DNA from: Carpediemonas membranifera BICM
Lineage: Eukaryota; Protista; Fornicata
Reading direction: 5' to 3'
NCBI GenBank assembly: GCA_019828565.1
Contig: JAHDYR010000053.1
Coordinates: forward strand, 532,214-596,213
DNA: 64,000 nt
In this document: positions 23,753-35,000 of the stretch, piece by piece
Position numbering within the stretch: position 1 is the first letter of the stretch
Layout: every line of letters begins with the position of its first letter
Translations under genes and position numbers: made by a program
Notes under the pieces: model-generated
Told to the model about the DNA's origin: nothing
Seen by the model: the letters and a program-made list of their open reading frames with translations, nothing else
Databases searched by the model: none

Positions 23753-25022
23753 TTAGTCAGCCAAGTGAGGGATTCTAAACGGCATGGAGGTCATGTTTTC
23801 AAGGCCATAGTACAGGGTCGACCCGTCTGTGGAGAAGGTGAGGCTGAGCACAGTGGTGACACGCTCCAACGTTGCGAGATACTCGCTGCTCTCAATATCC
23901 CACAGCTTGATGGTCTTGTCATGAGACCCGGATGCGAGGACCCTGCCGTCAGGTGAGAAGGCGACACAAAAGACCTCGTCACGATGATCAGTGAGAACGG
24001 CGACGCACTCCCAGGTCCTGGTGTCCCAGAGTTTGATGGTCTTGCCAGATACTGAGGCCAGCAGAGCGCCGTCCTGGGAGAAGGTGACGCTGGTGACATC
24101 ATTAGTGTGCCCCTTCAGAGTGTGCTTGAGTGTCAAACTGCCCATGTTAAGGCCCCACACATGGATCGTCGGCGTACCTTCATTTTTGTACGGAATCCCA
24201 GAGACAACAGTCTTGTTGTCGGGGGAGATGGCGACGGAGAGTACACAATGCGCGTGTCCTCCAGCCATCATACACTCGCCGGCGTCAACGTCCCACACCC
24301 TGACCTTGTTGTCACAGGAAGATCCGGACACCAGTTTCGTACCGTCTTGGGAGAAGGCGAGGCTGGTCACAATAGAAGTGGGCTTGCCCATAAGAAGTTC
24401 GTCATCTGTGTAAAGTTTGGACAGCTCCACGGTGTTCTCCTTGAGTGTCTTGTAGTGGTAGGGGTCCTGTGGGTTCTCCGCCTTCCACACCTTGATATCG
24501 CCAGTATTGACACCTGATGCGATCAACCCGGCCTGGGAGACGGCGATGCAGAAAATTGGAAGGAAGTTGTGCTGCAGCTTGCGTTTGCAGGAGACAATAC
24601 AGCTCTTAACGCGGTCCTGTCATCATATCAGAGAACGGTCCCATCTCGGGCAGGTTTGAGCGCGACAGAGTTGCTAGGACTATTCCGAATATTATTGTTC
24701 TCGATACCAATGTTGCGAATAGTCCAGCACAAAAGAAAACACGGGGGATCCACTCAAGTCCCGCGAACTCGGCCAACTTCCGCAAGTAACACGCAAGTTT
24801 TCTGAGAAACTGGACCAGATATGGGATAAGAACACGCATGCGAGCTATATTCTTCTTGAGCTTTCCCCAGATCCACTTTGCGAAATGCATTCGATCAGCT
24901 GTCTGATTGGACACCATCCTGCTTCTTGCTGAGCCTATATTGTTTGTAAGCGATATGGACGGCGAGGATGTTACTAAAGATATCGTGGTAATAACGGCTA
25001 AAATCGTGGTGATAACATCAAT
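23753..25022 (-). pseudogene. WD40-family gene with intact propeller ORF (23753-24526) but disrupted leader
   Basis: About 6 WD repeats; upstream frameshifted leader IDVITTILAV / LAVHIAYKQYRLSKKQ (~24918-25022) is homologous to the leader of 48521-49660; stops in between. Confidence 0.7.
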
Positions 25023-25043
25023 CCTGTCCCCAAGCTCTCAAAT

Positions 25044-25253
25044 TTGAGAGTCCTATTCGATTGTGGCAAGGAAACGTGGCGGAAGATGCTTGTGGCCGGC
25101 CTGGGCGAAGAAATTTCGAGGCTGCAGACCGTTGTCATCACCCATTCCCACGCGGACCACACAGTCGGGTTGACTCGGCGACGGCTTGTTCATAAGAGAA
25201 CCAAGGCAGAGGCGACTAGCCCGCTGTTCTTAGCGTGTGCTGATGTCATCTGA
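25044..25253 (+). pseudogene. Metallo-beta-lactamase-fold (RNase Z/PhnP-like) fragment
   Basis: VLFDCG...TVVITHSHADHTVGL (HxHxDH), then the ORF ends; no ATG. Confidence 0.6.
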
Positions 25254-25370
25254 TCGCTCTTCTCGTCAGTTCTCGGGTCGACTGTACAAGAGTCAACTCG
25301 AGTGTAGGTCGCCCAGCAAACAGCCAACATTGGGCCCAGATAAAATTCGCGTTTACATCTGCTTCCTCGC

Positions 25371-26285
25371 TTAGTTGGTGACTCTATACAGGCCCGAGAT
25401 ACAGGCATGGTTCTTCTCGTAGGGCTCGAGCGTGGTCTTCGCCTTGGGGACGAAGTCGTTCTGCTTCAGCACCTCGGTTTCCGACGCGAAGACGACGGAG
25501 GGGTCGAGCGTTGAATCCACGCAGGAGGCCTTGATCGAGATGATGAAGCCGCCGTTGTTCTTGAGGAAGTTCTCGGCGTTGTGGGCGACGATACGGGACT
25601 GGTCTGGCTGGGCTACGTCAGAGAAGATCACGTCGACCATGGGCACCATCATACGGTACTTGTGGGGGTGCCGGGCATCCTCGATGATGGGCACGATGTT
25701 CGGGCGCTTCTTGGCGACCTCGAGAAGGTCACGGCCGGACCTGTGCGAGAACTCCACGGCGTACACGCGGCCAGCAGGGCCGACGAGATCGGAAACGTGG
25801 GATACAGTGGTGCCAGACGCGGCGCCGAGGTACAGGATCTTGCAACCGGGGCGCATGTAGATGTCGGCGATGCCGTTGACGATCGAGGCGCCGAGCTTGG
25901 AGCGGAAGGGGTTCCACTCACGGTACTCGAGGCTCTTGTCCGTCTCGTCCACCTGGAAGCGCTTCTCGGAGTACACAGACACGCCGGGCGCGAGGTTCTT
26001 TGTCGCAAGGTAATCCGAAGTGGAGCGGATGATGAACACGCCGGGATGGCGCTCGTGTTGCTCAACCATGACGCGGCCGGGCTTGCCGGGGGGCCCGCGG
26101 GCACCACCACGGCCGCCACGGCCTCCACGGGGCGCACCACGACCGCGCGGCGCGCCGCCACGTCCACGAGGAGCACCACCACGGCCACCGCGGCCGCGGG
26201 GGGCACCACCATTCGCGAAACCACCTCTACCACGAGAACCTCCACGACCACCGCCGCGAGAACCACCACGAGGCTGGAAACCCAT
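25371..26285 (-). CDS. NOP1: Fibrillarin (rRNA 2'-O-methyltransferase)
   Basis: RGG N-terminus; [38 protein letters not shown]. Confidence 0.98.
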   Translation of the reverse strand: MGFQPRGGSRGGGRGGSRGRGGFANGGAPRGRGGRGGAPRGRGGAPRGRGAPRGGRGGRGGARGPPGKPGRVMVEQHERHPGVFIIRSTSDYLATKNLAPGVSVYSEKRFQVDETDKSLEYREWNPFRSKLGASIVNGIADIYMRPGCKILYLGAASGTTVSHVSDLVGPAGRVYAVEFSHRSGRDLLEVAKKRPNIVPIIEDARHPHKYRMMVPMVDVIFSDVAQPDQSRIVAHNAENFLKNNGGFIISIKASCVDSTLDPSVVFASETEVLKQNDFVPKAKTTLEPYEKNHACISGLYRVTN

Positions 26286-26352
26286 GTTCTTCGCTACAAC
26301 TTCTTTTCACAAAAAAAACGACGCAGTTTTAGACAGATTTTTATTCGCCCGT

Positions 26353-27394
26353 TTAGTAGTTGTAGTGTCGGCGTCTGCGGTTGTTATTGTTCTTACGCTC
26401 GAAGTACAGGTAGTCAATGAGCATCAGCCCGCCAAGGAGGACGGTGCGGACGCGGCTGTCGATCTGGGGGAACTGCTGGTGGTTGGGGAAGCTGCGTGAG
26501 GGAAGGCTCGGGGTACTTACTAGATTGAGTAGTTATCGGCGTCAGTGAACACCTCGCGGAGGCCCGCGAACTGCTTCTGGATGCGGCCAGCCTCGTGGCC
26601 ATTAACCTCGACTGTATAAAAACACGAAGCGAAAGAAACATACTGTAGAACGTCCAGGGGCGGAAGAGAGGGCCTCTGATGACACACACTTCCTTCTCAT
26701 CCGCATCAAAGACGCTAAAGATCTTCTCGCACACGGAGTACTGCTGGGCGATCTTACCAATGAGCTGGTCCTTGTAGTCATACACGTTGAGCTCCTGGAG
26801 GAAGCAGCAGCTGCCAGGAGCGACGAACCGGAAGGGGCGGTCGTACTTGGCAAAGACGTTGCCGCTGTTGTCCTTGAGGCTCATCATGTAGGGACGGCGG
26901 GGGCCGCACATCATGCGGATGAGGAAGTCGGAGTCCTCCTCGCCGGTAAGAACCTTCTGCTTAGAGTTGGACTCGCGGATTTCGAACTTCTGGTTCGAGT
27001 CATAGCCAAAGATGATTTCCCACCACTTCTTGTCCTGCTCGACGTAGAGGTGGTCGAACTGGTACAGGAAGTCAAGCTCGGGGGACTTGGAGGGGCCCTT
27101 GGCCTGTGGGGGAGCGGGGTTGCTGGCGGGAGGCTGCATCTGCTGGCCCTGGGGAGGATAGCCCTGCTGCTGCGGAGGATAACCTTGTTGCTGAGGAGGA
27201 TAACCCTGAGGAGGATAGTTCTGCTGAGGCGGATTGCCCTGTTGCGGGGGATAGGCTTGTTGAGGAGGATAACCTTGCTGGGGAGGATAGCCTTGTTGGG
27301 GAAGATACTGGGGGTTCTCACCGTACGGCTGGTGCATTTCGGGGTTATAGGCCGGAGGTACGTTCTGATACGTGGGATTCTCCGATTCAGACAT
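26353..27394 (-). CDS. Phospholipid scramblase (3 exons; introns 26612-26643 and 26492-26520)
   Basis: PPQQGY-repeat N-terminus; EEDSDFLIRMMCGPRRPY, CCFLQELNV. Splicing the 32- and 29-bp introns gives GRIQKQFAGLREVFTDADNYSIYFP...LLGGLMLIDYLYFE. Confidence 0.92.
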
Positions 27395-27733
27395 GAGATA
27401 TAGGCGAAAGAAAGACGTGGCGCCGCAGTTTAGCCCGAAATTGCGTGTGTCGACCAAACAGGCGACAAATCTCATATCGCAAAATCTCGAGAACGCTCCG
27501 GATATACCCAGGGTAAAACGGCGATATTTAGCATCCACGCCACCCGCCCAGGCGTTAATTTTTGGATCTGGAGCTGGGTCATGAGTCTTCAGAAGTCAAC
27601 AAGATATAACCCGTAAATACAGACGAATCTATGGGTTTATGTCATCAAAATTGTCAGCCAGGCAAGTAAAACGCTGAGAAAAACACCTGGCTCCATTCTG
27701 AAGAACACAATAAAACAGGGATAAAAAACGGAC

Positions 27734-28804
27734 TCACCCACTATCGCTACCGCTCCCGTCGTCCGGCCCGGCACACCACACAGGCATCCAGTGCCCGTTG
27801 GTCCCAGGCAGCGAGGGTTCAGCATCCCATGCGTTCATCTCGGGCAGACCATGGGACCCGAGTGCAATCGCCCCGTACGTCTCGAGCGGACCGACTGGGG
27901 TGGGATTGTCACTGTCCATCGAGCCCTCACTGCCGCTGCCGCTGGGGGAGTGGGCTTCACTGTCAGGCGAGGGTTGGCGTGGCGGGACGTCAAAGGGATG
28001 GGGTACGGGGTCAGCGAGGCTCCGGGCGCGGGCGGTGGGCTTGTACTCGGCCTCATTGATGAGCTCGGTCTGGAGCATCACCTGGGGAAGCTGGATTAGC
28101 GTTCCTATGCCGCAGAAGCCGCAGGTTAGCGTTGAAGCGATGGCGGCCCGCTTGTTGTTCAGATACCTATAGTGGAACGGCCCAGGCATGAATAGGGTAA
28201 GCATAGCTATCCACTTGCTCTTGGGGCCCTTTCCCACGGGTGCTACTGCGATTGAGGCGATAAGGCTGAGCAGATGAATTGAGAAGCATCCGCAGGCGAT
28301 AAACAGGATCAGCAAGAGCCCAGTTGCAATGAATATGGTGAGTGTGACTACTGAGTTGGACTGTATAGACACCGTGATGGTGGCGTCGGTCGTTACGGGC
28401 GCATGAATCACCAGGTATTGTGGCTCGAACGTATAAGGCTCAATGACGAATTCGAAGCTTAGCGAGCGGCGGTTGACGAACGACAGTGTTGATATGGATG
28501 CCAGGTAGCTTACCGTTGCTAGATCGTGGGTAAAGCGGCTGTAGTGGTCCCTGCTCACAAGGTAGGCGTCCACTCCGTGGGAAAACGAGCCGTTCACGAT
28601 AACATCAGCCTGTAGATTGGTGAGTATACTTGAGGTCATTGATATGGCAAGGCATTCCGTGTTCGAAATAATGTGCTCGAAGTGTCCTTGGAAAAACGTC
28701 GAGGTTTTGCTATCTGCCTCGAATTCTGTAACATCTACGGCACGAGAACCGTTAAATAGCATCAATAGTACTAGTATAACTAGTATCGATACTGCAGGGA
28801 TCAT
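27734..28804 (-). CDS. Membrane protein with signal peptide and TM2-like domain
   Basis: Hydrophobic N-terminus, a TM segment, then MLTLFMPGPFHYRYL...LTCGFCGIGTLI. Confidence 0.65.
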   Translation of the reverse strand: MIPAVSILVILVLLMLFNGSRAVDVTEFEADSKTSTFFQGHFEHIISNTECLAISMTSSILTNLQADVIVNGSFSHGVDAYLVSRDHYSRFTHDLATVSYLASISTLSFVNRRSLSFEFVIEPYTFEPQYLVIHAPVTTDATITVSIQSNSVVTLTIFIATGLLLILFIACGCFSIHLLSLIASIAVAPVGKGPKSKWIAMLTLFMPGPFHYRYLNNKRAAIASTLTCGFCGIGTLIQLPQVMLQTELINEAEYKPTARARSLADPVPHPFDVPPRQPSPDSEAHSPSGSGSEGSMDSDNPTPVGPLETYGAIALGSHGLPEMNAWDAEPSLPGTNGHWMPVWCAGPDDGSGSDSG

Positions 28805-29031
28805 GGGTGAGGCTTCGCTCCTCGACGAAGCACGTTGCTAAATCGGGCAAATGAAAGCATCAAATTTCGGGGATATCAAGACGATTTCGACCCTGCCACC
28901 CCTACAAACGCCTCAAAGAGCTGCGAGAGCCACAATACCCCCCGTTTAGCCTCAAAACACTTGAACTTACGCCTGATTATCTCAGCAACAACTCAACCTT
29001 CACTCACCCCCCATAATCCGGATTTACGTAC

Positions 29032-30576
29032 TTACATTTCCACATCATCGCCCTCCTCGCCGTCGACCTCCATCTGCACCATCTCCTCCTCACCGGCCGT
29101 GTGGACCCGGAGGAAATCAGTCCCCTCCACACCAGTGGCAAGGAGCAGGTTCGCGACATTACGGTCCCAGCAGATCTCGGAGAACTCCTTCTGGGCGTTA
29201 TGCGCGAAGAAAAACTCCTTGGGAGCACCGTCTTCTTCGGGCTCTTCGTCGTCGAGGTCCTTGAGCAGGTCGAAGTCGAAGTAAGCCACCTTAGCCATCT
29301 CGCTAGTGGTCGGCTGGTTCGAATGGACCGGGCCGAGTCGGGTGGCGACTGCAAATGCCGTTTTGAACTCGTCATCCTCTTCGTCTTGGATCGGGACGGC
29401 CGTAGCGGGACTGTACGCGATCGAAGTGATCTCGAGGGGCGGGTTCTGCTGGGCGCAGTACGCAGACTTGTCGCAGGGCGCCTGGGCGATCTGCCAAGTC
29501 TTGTGGTCGACCTCGTAGCAGTAAACGTGACCTGAGTCGCCACCAGTGACAAACTTGGTGACATCCTTGCCGTCATCGTCAGTATACTTCTTGACAGAGA
29601 TGGCGTTGAGGTCAGCCTCGTCCTCGACCACCACGCGAGACACAACATCGCCCTGGAGGTTCCCTTCGGCGTTGTGGGTGAGGGAAACGAGGCAGACTGT
29701 GGGCCTGCCGCCGCTGGGGGCGTTAGTGGAGACGAGGAAGATACCATCGTTGAGCCACGTGATGTCCAGGGCGTTGTACGCCCACCCCTCGATGTTCAGG
29801 GGCACAGGGCGGGTCAGCTCGACTGCGAGGGGCGCGTTAGGGTCTGACGAGTTGATTTCGTAAACATGGACGGCGTTGTCTTCACCAGCAAGGGCGAGGT
29901 ACTTGCCCTTGGGGGAGAAGCGGAGAGCGTAAGTGAGGGGGCATGGGAGGGGGAAGGTGACCGTACGCGCGTCTTCGCGTTCAGTGCCGGCGATGAAATT
30001 CTCGAGCTCTGCCATCTGAGCGGCAACTGAGCAGACCTGCAAAAACTCTTGGCGTCCGTCAAGAGACTCGTAAACGGCGGCGAGGACAGGCTCAACGGGG
30101 TGGGCGCGGACACGGTGGACGTCGCCGATGCCCGTGAGGATATCGACGGACTTGATCGTGGCGTCGGTAGGGTTCTCCTCCGCGAGCTCGGGGTTGTCAT
30201 CGTTACGGGTCTCCTTGAGCTTGGAGGCGACGTGCATAGCGACAGTGGATGGTTCCTTGCGCTTGTGCTTCCTCATGTCGGCCTCTGTGGGGTTCTCTGT
30301 CTGGGTACCGGTGACGAAGCAGAGAGAGTAGTTCCCTGGGTTGTTCACGTTGCTGAAGACATCGTTGAACAGGTCAATGGTGTAGCAAGACCAGTTGTGC
30401 TTGACACGGTGGAACATATCATAGAACTCGGAGTCGTAGTCCTGCTTTCCTGCAGAAGCCTCGTTGAGCTTCTTAGGATCTTCGAAGTGGAGCTTTGTTT
30501 CGCTCTTGCCCTTCTTAGCGATCCCGGCATTGGCACGCTTCTTCTTTCCCTTGCTGTGACGACTCCCCCTGGCCAT
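29032..30576 (-). CDS. Ribosome biogenesis WD40 protein RRB1/GRWD1-like
   Basis: YDMFHRVKHNWSCYTIDL..VTGTQ N-terminal motif; C-terminal FFFAHNAQKEFSEICW..LLLATGVEG. Confidence 0.75.
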   Translation of the reverse strand: MARGSRHSKGKKKRANAGIAKKGKSETKLHFEDPKKLNEASAGKQDYDSEFYDMFHRVKHNWSCYTIDLFNDVFSNVNNPGNYSLCFVTGTQTENPTEADMRKHKRKEPSTVAMHVASKLKETRNDDNPELAEENPTDATIKSVDILTGIGDVHRVRAHPVEPVLAAVYESLDGRQEFLQVCSVAAQMAELENFIAGTEREDARTVTFPLPCPLTYALRFSPKGKYLALAGEDNAVHVYEINSSDPNAPLAVELTRPVPLNIEGWAYNALDITWLNDGIFLVSTNAPSGGRPTVCLVSLTHNAEGNLQGDVVSRVVVEDEADLNAISVKKYTDDDGKDVTKFVTGGDSGHVYCYEVDHKTWQIAQAPCDKSAYCAQQNPPLEITSIAYSPATAVPIQDEEDDEFKTAFAVATRLGPVHSNQPTTSEMAKVAYFDFDLLKDLDDEEPEEDGAPKEFFFAHNAQKEFSEICWDRNVANLLLATGVEGTDFLRVHTAGEEEMVQMEVDGEEGDDVEM

Positions 30577-30919
30577 ACGCAAACCGCTGGAACTTGGTCA
30601 ATCAAAAAAGAAAAATGATTGAAAATGATGAGATCTCGTGCATGCACGGCCAATAGCCGAAACCTAGCCCGCAGCGTGCCGTACTATCAGTCTAGAGGCC
30701 ACTCCGCCCTATTCCATTTTTACGAATATGTAAACGACGCTTAGACCGCTAAGACCGAGCAACTAAGAACAGAAACAGGCATAGCAGCCACAACCGCCAT
30801 AATTCAGTAGAAAGTTCACATGTATCCCCTCAAATGGGCACCCTGTGTTCATCTTTCAATCACCTCATCGCCCACCCAGACACTCCGATCAGCAGGCATG
30901 CGTTTATGTAATAAGATGG

Positions 30920-31531
30920 CTATTCGACAGAAAGATGGTTAGTATATGCGTTAGTATGGATGCTCTCGACCTCCTTCTCCTTACAGAGTAGGTCGGTCTG
31001 ATGCAGGGTCTCCGTGTCGCTGAACACAAGCTGGCTCTCTGGCGAGCAGGGTTCGCGGACACGCTGGCCAGGTGTCGATTTTCGCCGGGCACGCTTCTGA
31101 ATGCCGCTGGACGGGCCCGTCTTGCTTCGGTCCGACGATGATGGGCGGTTGCAGAGGTTAAAGTCACAGTGCGATACGACAGGGAACGTAGAAGGGACCT
31201 GGACTGGATAAGAACAGGGCTCACAACTGTACGAACTAGTAGTAGCCGCCAGTGACTGTTCTAGAGGATCTTCAACACAGATCAGCTTGTTGGAATCGTA
31301 AGCCACGGGCTTCGAGCTTGACGTGTACACGAGCTTGGAAAAAGAGGTTTGAGCGGACGAATTGTTCCGTCTAAACGTCCTTGCAGGAAGTTCCATCGTT
31401 CCCTTGCTATTCTCACGAGCCCTTCGATTGTGATTCTCCTCGCTTTGGGTGGATACGAAGATCAGATTTTGGACTGGCCCTGAATATCGGCTGGCCGTAT
31501 CAAAAAGACCCATTGTACCCGTGGCTGACAT
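30920..31531 (-). CDS. Hypothetical Ser-rich protein
   Basis: 203-aa ATG-initiated ORF; no motif. Confidence 0.45.
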   Translation of the reverse strand: MSATGTMGLFDTASRYSGPVQNLIFVSTQSEENHNRRARENSKGTMELPARTFRRNNSSAQTSFSKLVYTSSSKPVAYDSNKLICVEDPLEQSLAATTSSYSCEPCSYPVQVPSTFPVVSHCDFNLCNRPSSSDRSKTGPSSGIQKRARRKSTPGQRVREPCSPESQLVFSDTETLHQTDLLCKEKEVESIHTNAYTNHLSVE

Positions 31532-32002
31532 GGATTAGAGTCAGCTCCCCGCGATTCGCTTTCTTTCACTCATGATTGCTCTCAATCGTGCGTCCTAAAT
31601 CTGCAAAATTATAAAGCCCATGTACATGCTATGTAGTCTCTATAGACGCCACACAGACCCTAACTACTGTCCTAATTCATGGGCTGACGAGGGACGACTT
31701 GTTCTAGATTAGCGGATACCGGCCTCAGGGACTGTGACGGATTGTTGTTTGGCAGACAGTGTCTGGCTTGTGTTCGCCCTGATTCGGTTAGATTGCTTTC
31801 GCGGTGAGAAAAATCGGCGTAAGGATCAGAATTGATGCGACCATCTCGCGGTGCCGAAGAGCAAAAGAACGCTCAAACAAAGGAATAAAGGAATATCACA
31901 CAACGCGTTGCATCTCTCCAACCATCTCATCGAACCACTCTAGCGTCTATTTAACAATAACATTCCATTAACAATATCACCAAGCTGTACAACACATCTC
32001 CA

Positions 32003-35000
32003 CTACTGAGGCCATGCAACGCGCCCCTTCTCCCTTCCAGCATGGGTAATGCTCGAAACCGAATCAAAGCGCGCGTTCTTCAAGCTTGCGCCCGTCACGG
32101 TGATCGGTGAGAGGATGGTCCGTGCCCTGCTCGTCGTCACAGCGGGCGTGTTCGTCCTGAAACCAATCCTGAAGTGAGAGTGGAAGGACCTGTTCTCTCC
32201 GCACACAAAGAGACCGTCAGCGCCCTCGAAGTACGAGACCACGCCGTCCGAAAGCACGCGGGTAATGTCGAAGGGCAAAGCTGCGTTCAGCTCAGTCCAC
32301 CGCCGCAGATGCTTCTTATGCCCCAGGCCAGTACAGCCCTGCTTGTTATGGCCGCGGACGAGCACCTTTCCCTCCGGAGTCGTGAGGAAGATGGTCCGGG
32401 TCACCATCAGCGTGGTCTGGGCGATCGGCCAGTCCTTCATGAGCGTCAGGCGTAGCGTGCGCTTGTTGGCGTCAATCAGCTTCTTGTGGCGGTTGCAGCC
32501 GCAGGCAAAGACACCCTTGGGCGTGTGGAAAAGCGTGCTCTTGCGGTCGTTGATTATATGGTCGACCCGCTCATGTAAATCGATCCGCGTAAATCCTCTA
32601 ATCACGTTGCCGCTGGGCACACCAGTCTGGCCAAACTCGTTCTTCCCCGCTGCAAACAGCGCAGGCCCGTCAGAAGTGGTTCCGACAAGGAAAGTCTGCT
32701 CAGGCCCAGGGTAAATGGTCGCGATGGCACAGTCGAGGTCAACCAGAGTCGGAGTCATGACTCGGATGGAGTCAGAGTTAAGCCCGAGTCGACCGAAGGA
32801 ATTTGACCCTGCCGCCACCAGGCCGGAAGAAGTGAGTGCGAAAGTGGTGGATTCCGAGACGAACAGCTCATTGATCAAGGGCACTGCAACGGGTCCAAAG
32901 AGCTGGGGCTCTGTGTTATCAGTCAGCAGCTGGCCGAAAGCGTTAGAGCCCGAGCAAAAGACGTTACCACCCGCCCTGACAAAGATGCCAGCAGTAGTAG
33001 TCCACGCCTTGTCCGCGGCCACGGGGAGAGGGGTGAGTCTCGGGCCCGACGGGGCGACCGTCGGCACACCTGTAACCTGGCCACCAGTGTTACAGCCAGT
33101 GGCATACACGCCCGTGGGAGTGGCGAAGAAGGCGTTGTGCGGGGTGACCAATACTGTCCGAACATGGGATGAGATCGTCACGCGGGACCAGCCCTTGAGG
33201 ATCCGGTCGGTGTTGGCTGTGCCCAGACGGCACGAGGCGTTGTCTCCGCGGGCAAATGTTTCGCCCATGATGCTGAAGAACTCGCAGTCGGCTGTTTGGG
33301 CGATCACAGCGCCAACTAGGGGTCTGGCGATTGAATCCTTCCTAAAAAGACCGGCGCCGGCCCAGGAGGTGTCGGTGAGGAAGAAGCAGTGGTCATGATC
33401 GACCGAGACGGCCTTGATGTTCACTGTCTGCACGAGCTTCGGCGTGGGAATGGACTCTGCAACACAGTCGACGCCGAGTCGACCGTATCTATTGTCACCG
33501 CACGCGTAAGTCTCCGTATCTCCGATAAAGAACTTAGCACCTTTCTCAGAAATCACCTGAGCCGGGGTAAAGTCGGGAGGAAGCACATCGACCTCCAGCC
33601 CCTTGCTTACAAGCTGCAGCGGGCCAAGAGAGTAAACAGTGTAGTCGCCCACGGCTCGGGAGGGGAAGGTGGCGCGGCATCCTTCGAGTGCAACTGCGAG
33701 GATCACATGAGCGTCCTTCTCGCAGTTCTTGAGCTTCTTCCTGAGCTTTGAGAGTGAGGTGTGGGTTACGATACTCTCCAGCAGGGCAATGAATGACCCA
33801 AGGCAGGTGAGTCCTATGATGGTCTGGCGCTGCTCGATCCGCATGATCTCGCACATTGCCTGGCCGTCCATCGTGGAGATCACGGGCATTGGAATACCGC
33901 CGTTAGCGTGCAGCTGGTCCTGCACGACGTGGTAAGCGAGCTGACCCGCGATAAGAGTCTGCCCAGAGGCCGAGTGGATGGTATCAAATGACTGGACGAC
34001 CGCCTGGAGGGCATGGAACGACTGGCACCGGCTGTGGCCCGGCTCGATGGCCGTGATCAGGGCCTGCAGGGCGGGGCGGGGGTCCTTGAGTTTGACTGCA
34101 TCAAAAAGCACGACCTTGCCCGTCATGAGGTCGACCGAGACTGCGTGCTCGCCGTCTCTCAATAGGAGAGAGCGCCTGTCCCTGAGGAGAACGGCCTCTA
34201 CCCCGCCGACCTTGGCTTCGAACCAGTGTGCCCCGAGGTCGGCACATAGTGTGGCGAGGCGGGTCGAGACGGTGTGGATGCATGGCCTCTCGTCAGGGTC
34301 GGTGGCCCACATCTGGCGGATGAGCTCGGCCACAGGCTCAGGAATCGACTGGGCGATCAGCGGCCTTTCTCCTGCCCTGATGAGCATGGGGATCTGCATG
34401 GGATGAACTGCAGTGCCCTTGTTGCTTGTAAGTCGGGGAATCGCAGTGTTGTGGAGCATGCACCAGAAGGTCACCGCGAGCGAGAACACGTCCGCCTTTG
34501 GATCGTAGTCGCGGCCATCGATGAGCTCAGGGGCTGTGAACCCGACTGTGCCGATGTTGTTGAGTGTGGCATTTGATATATGGAGGAGATTGCCCAAGTC
34601 TCCGACCTTGACACGGACAATAGGGGAGCCTTTGGACGTCATCAGGAAGTTCTGAGGCTTCAGATCGCGGTGGATCACCCCTTTCACGCTAAACGACGCC
34701 ACGCCCAGGGCCATCTGCAGTGCGAGTGAAAGGATGTCGGCGAGCTCCCAAGAGGCCTCAGGGGAGCCGAGCTTGAGGTACGTCGATGCATCGCCCAGCT
34801 CGCAGTGCTCAAGCCCCAGGTAGAAGCCGTGCGGGGTGACTAGAAGGCCGTGGGACGAGATGATGTAGTCGCCGCCGTGCTTGGAGAGGTTCTGGCCTTC
34901 CTTGAGGAACTCCATGATCGATGGGGGGTAGATGGCGATGTTGTTGGCGTCTGGGCGTTTGAACACGATAGTTTCACCGCGTAGGGTGCCTGTAAACACC

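Noticed and set aside
25035-25050. Palindrome as a Helitron 3' hairpin
   Set aside because: No correctly spaced CTRR terminus or Rep/helicase nearby
13400-27300. Short tandem repeats (RG codons ~13400-13480; PPQQGY codons ~27150-27300) as CRISPR or satellite arrays
   Set aside because: In-frame low-complexity protein repeats in a eukaryotic genome; no spacers or cas genes
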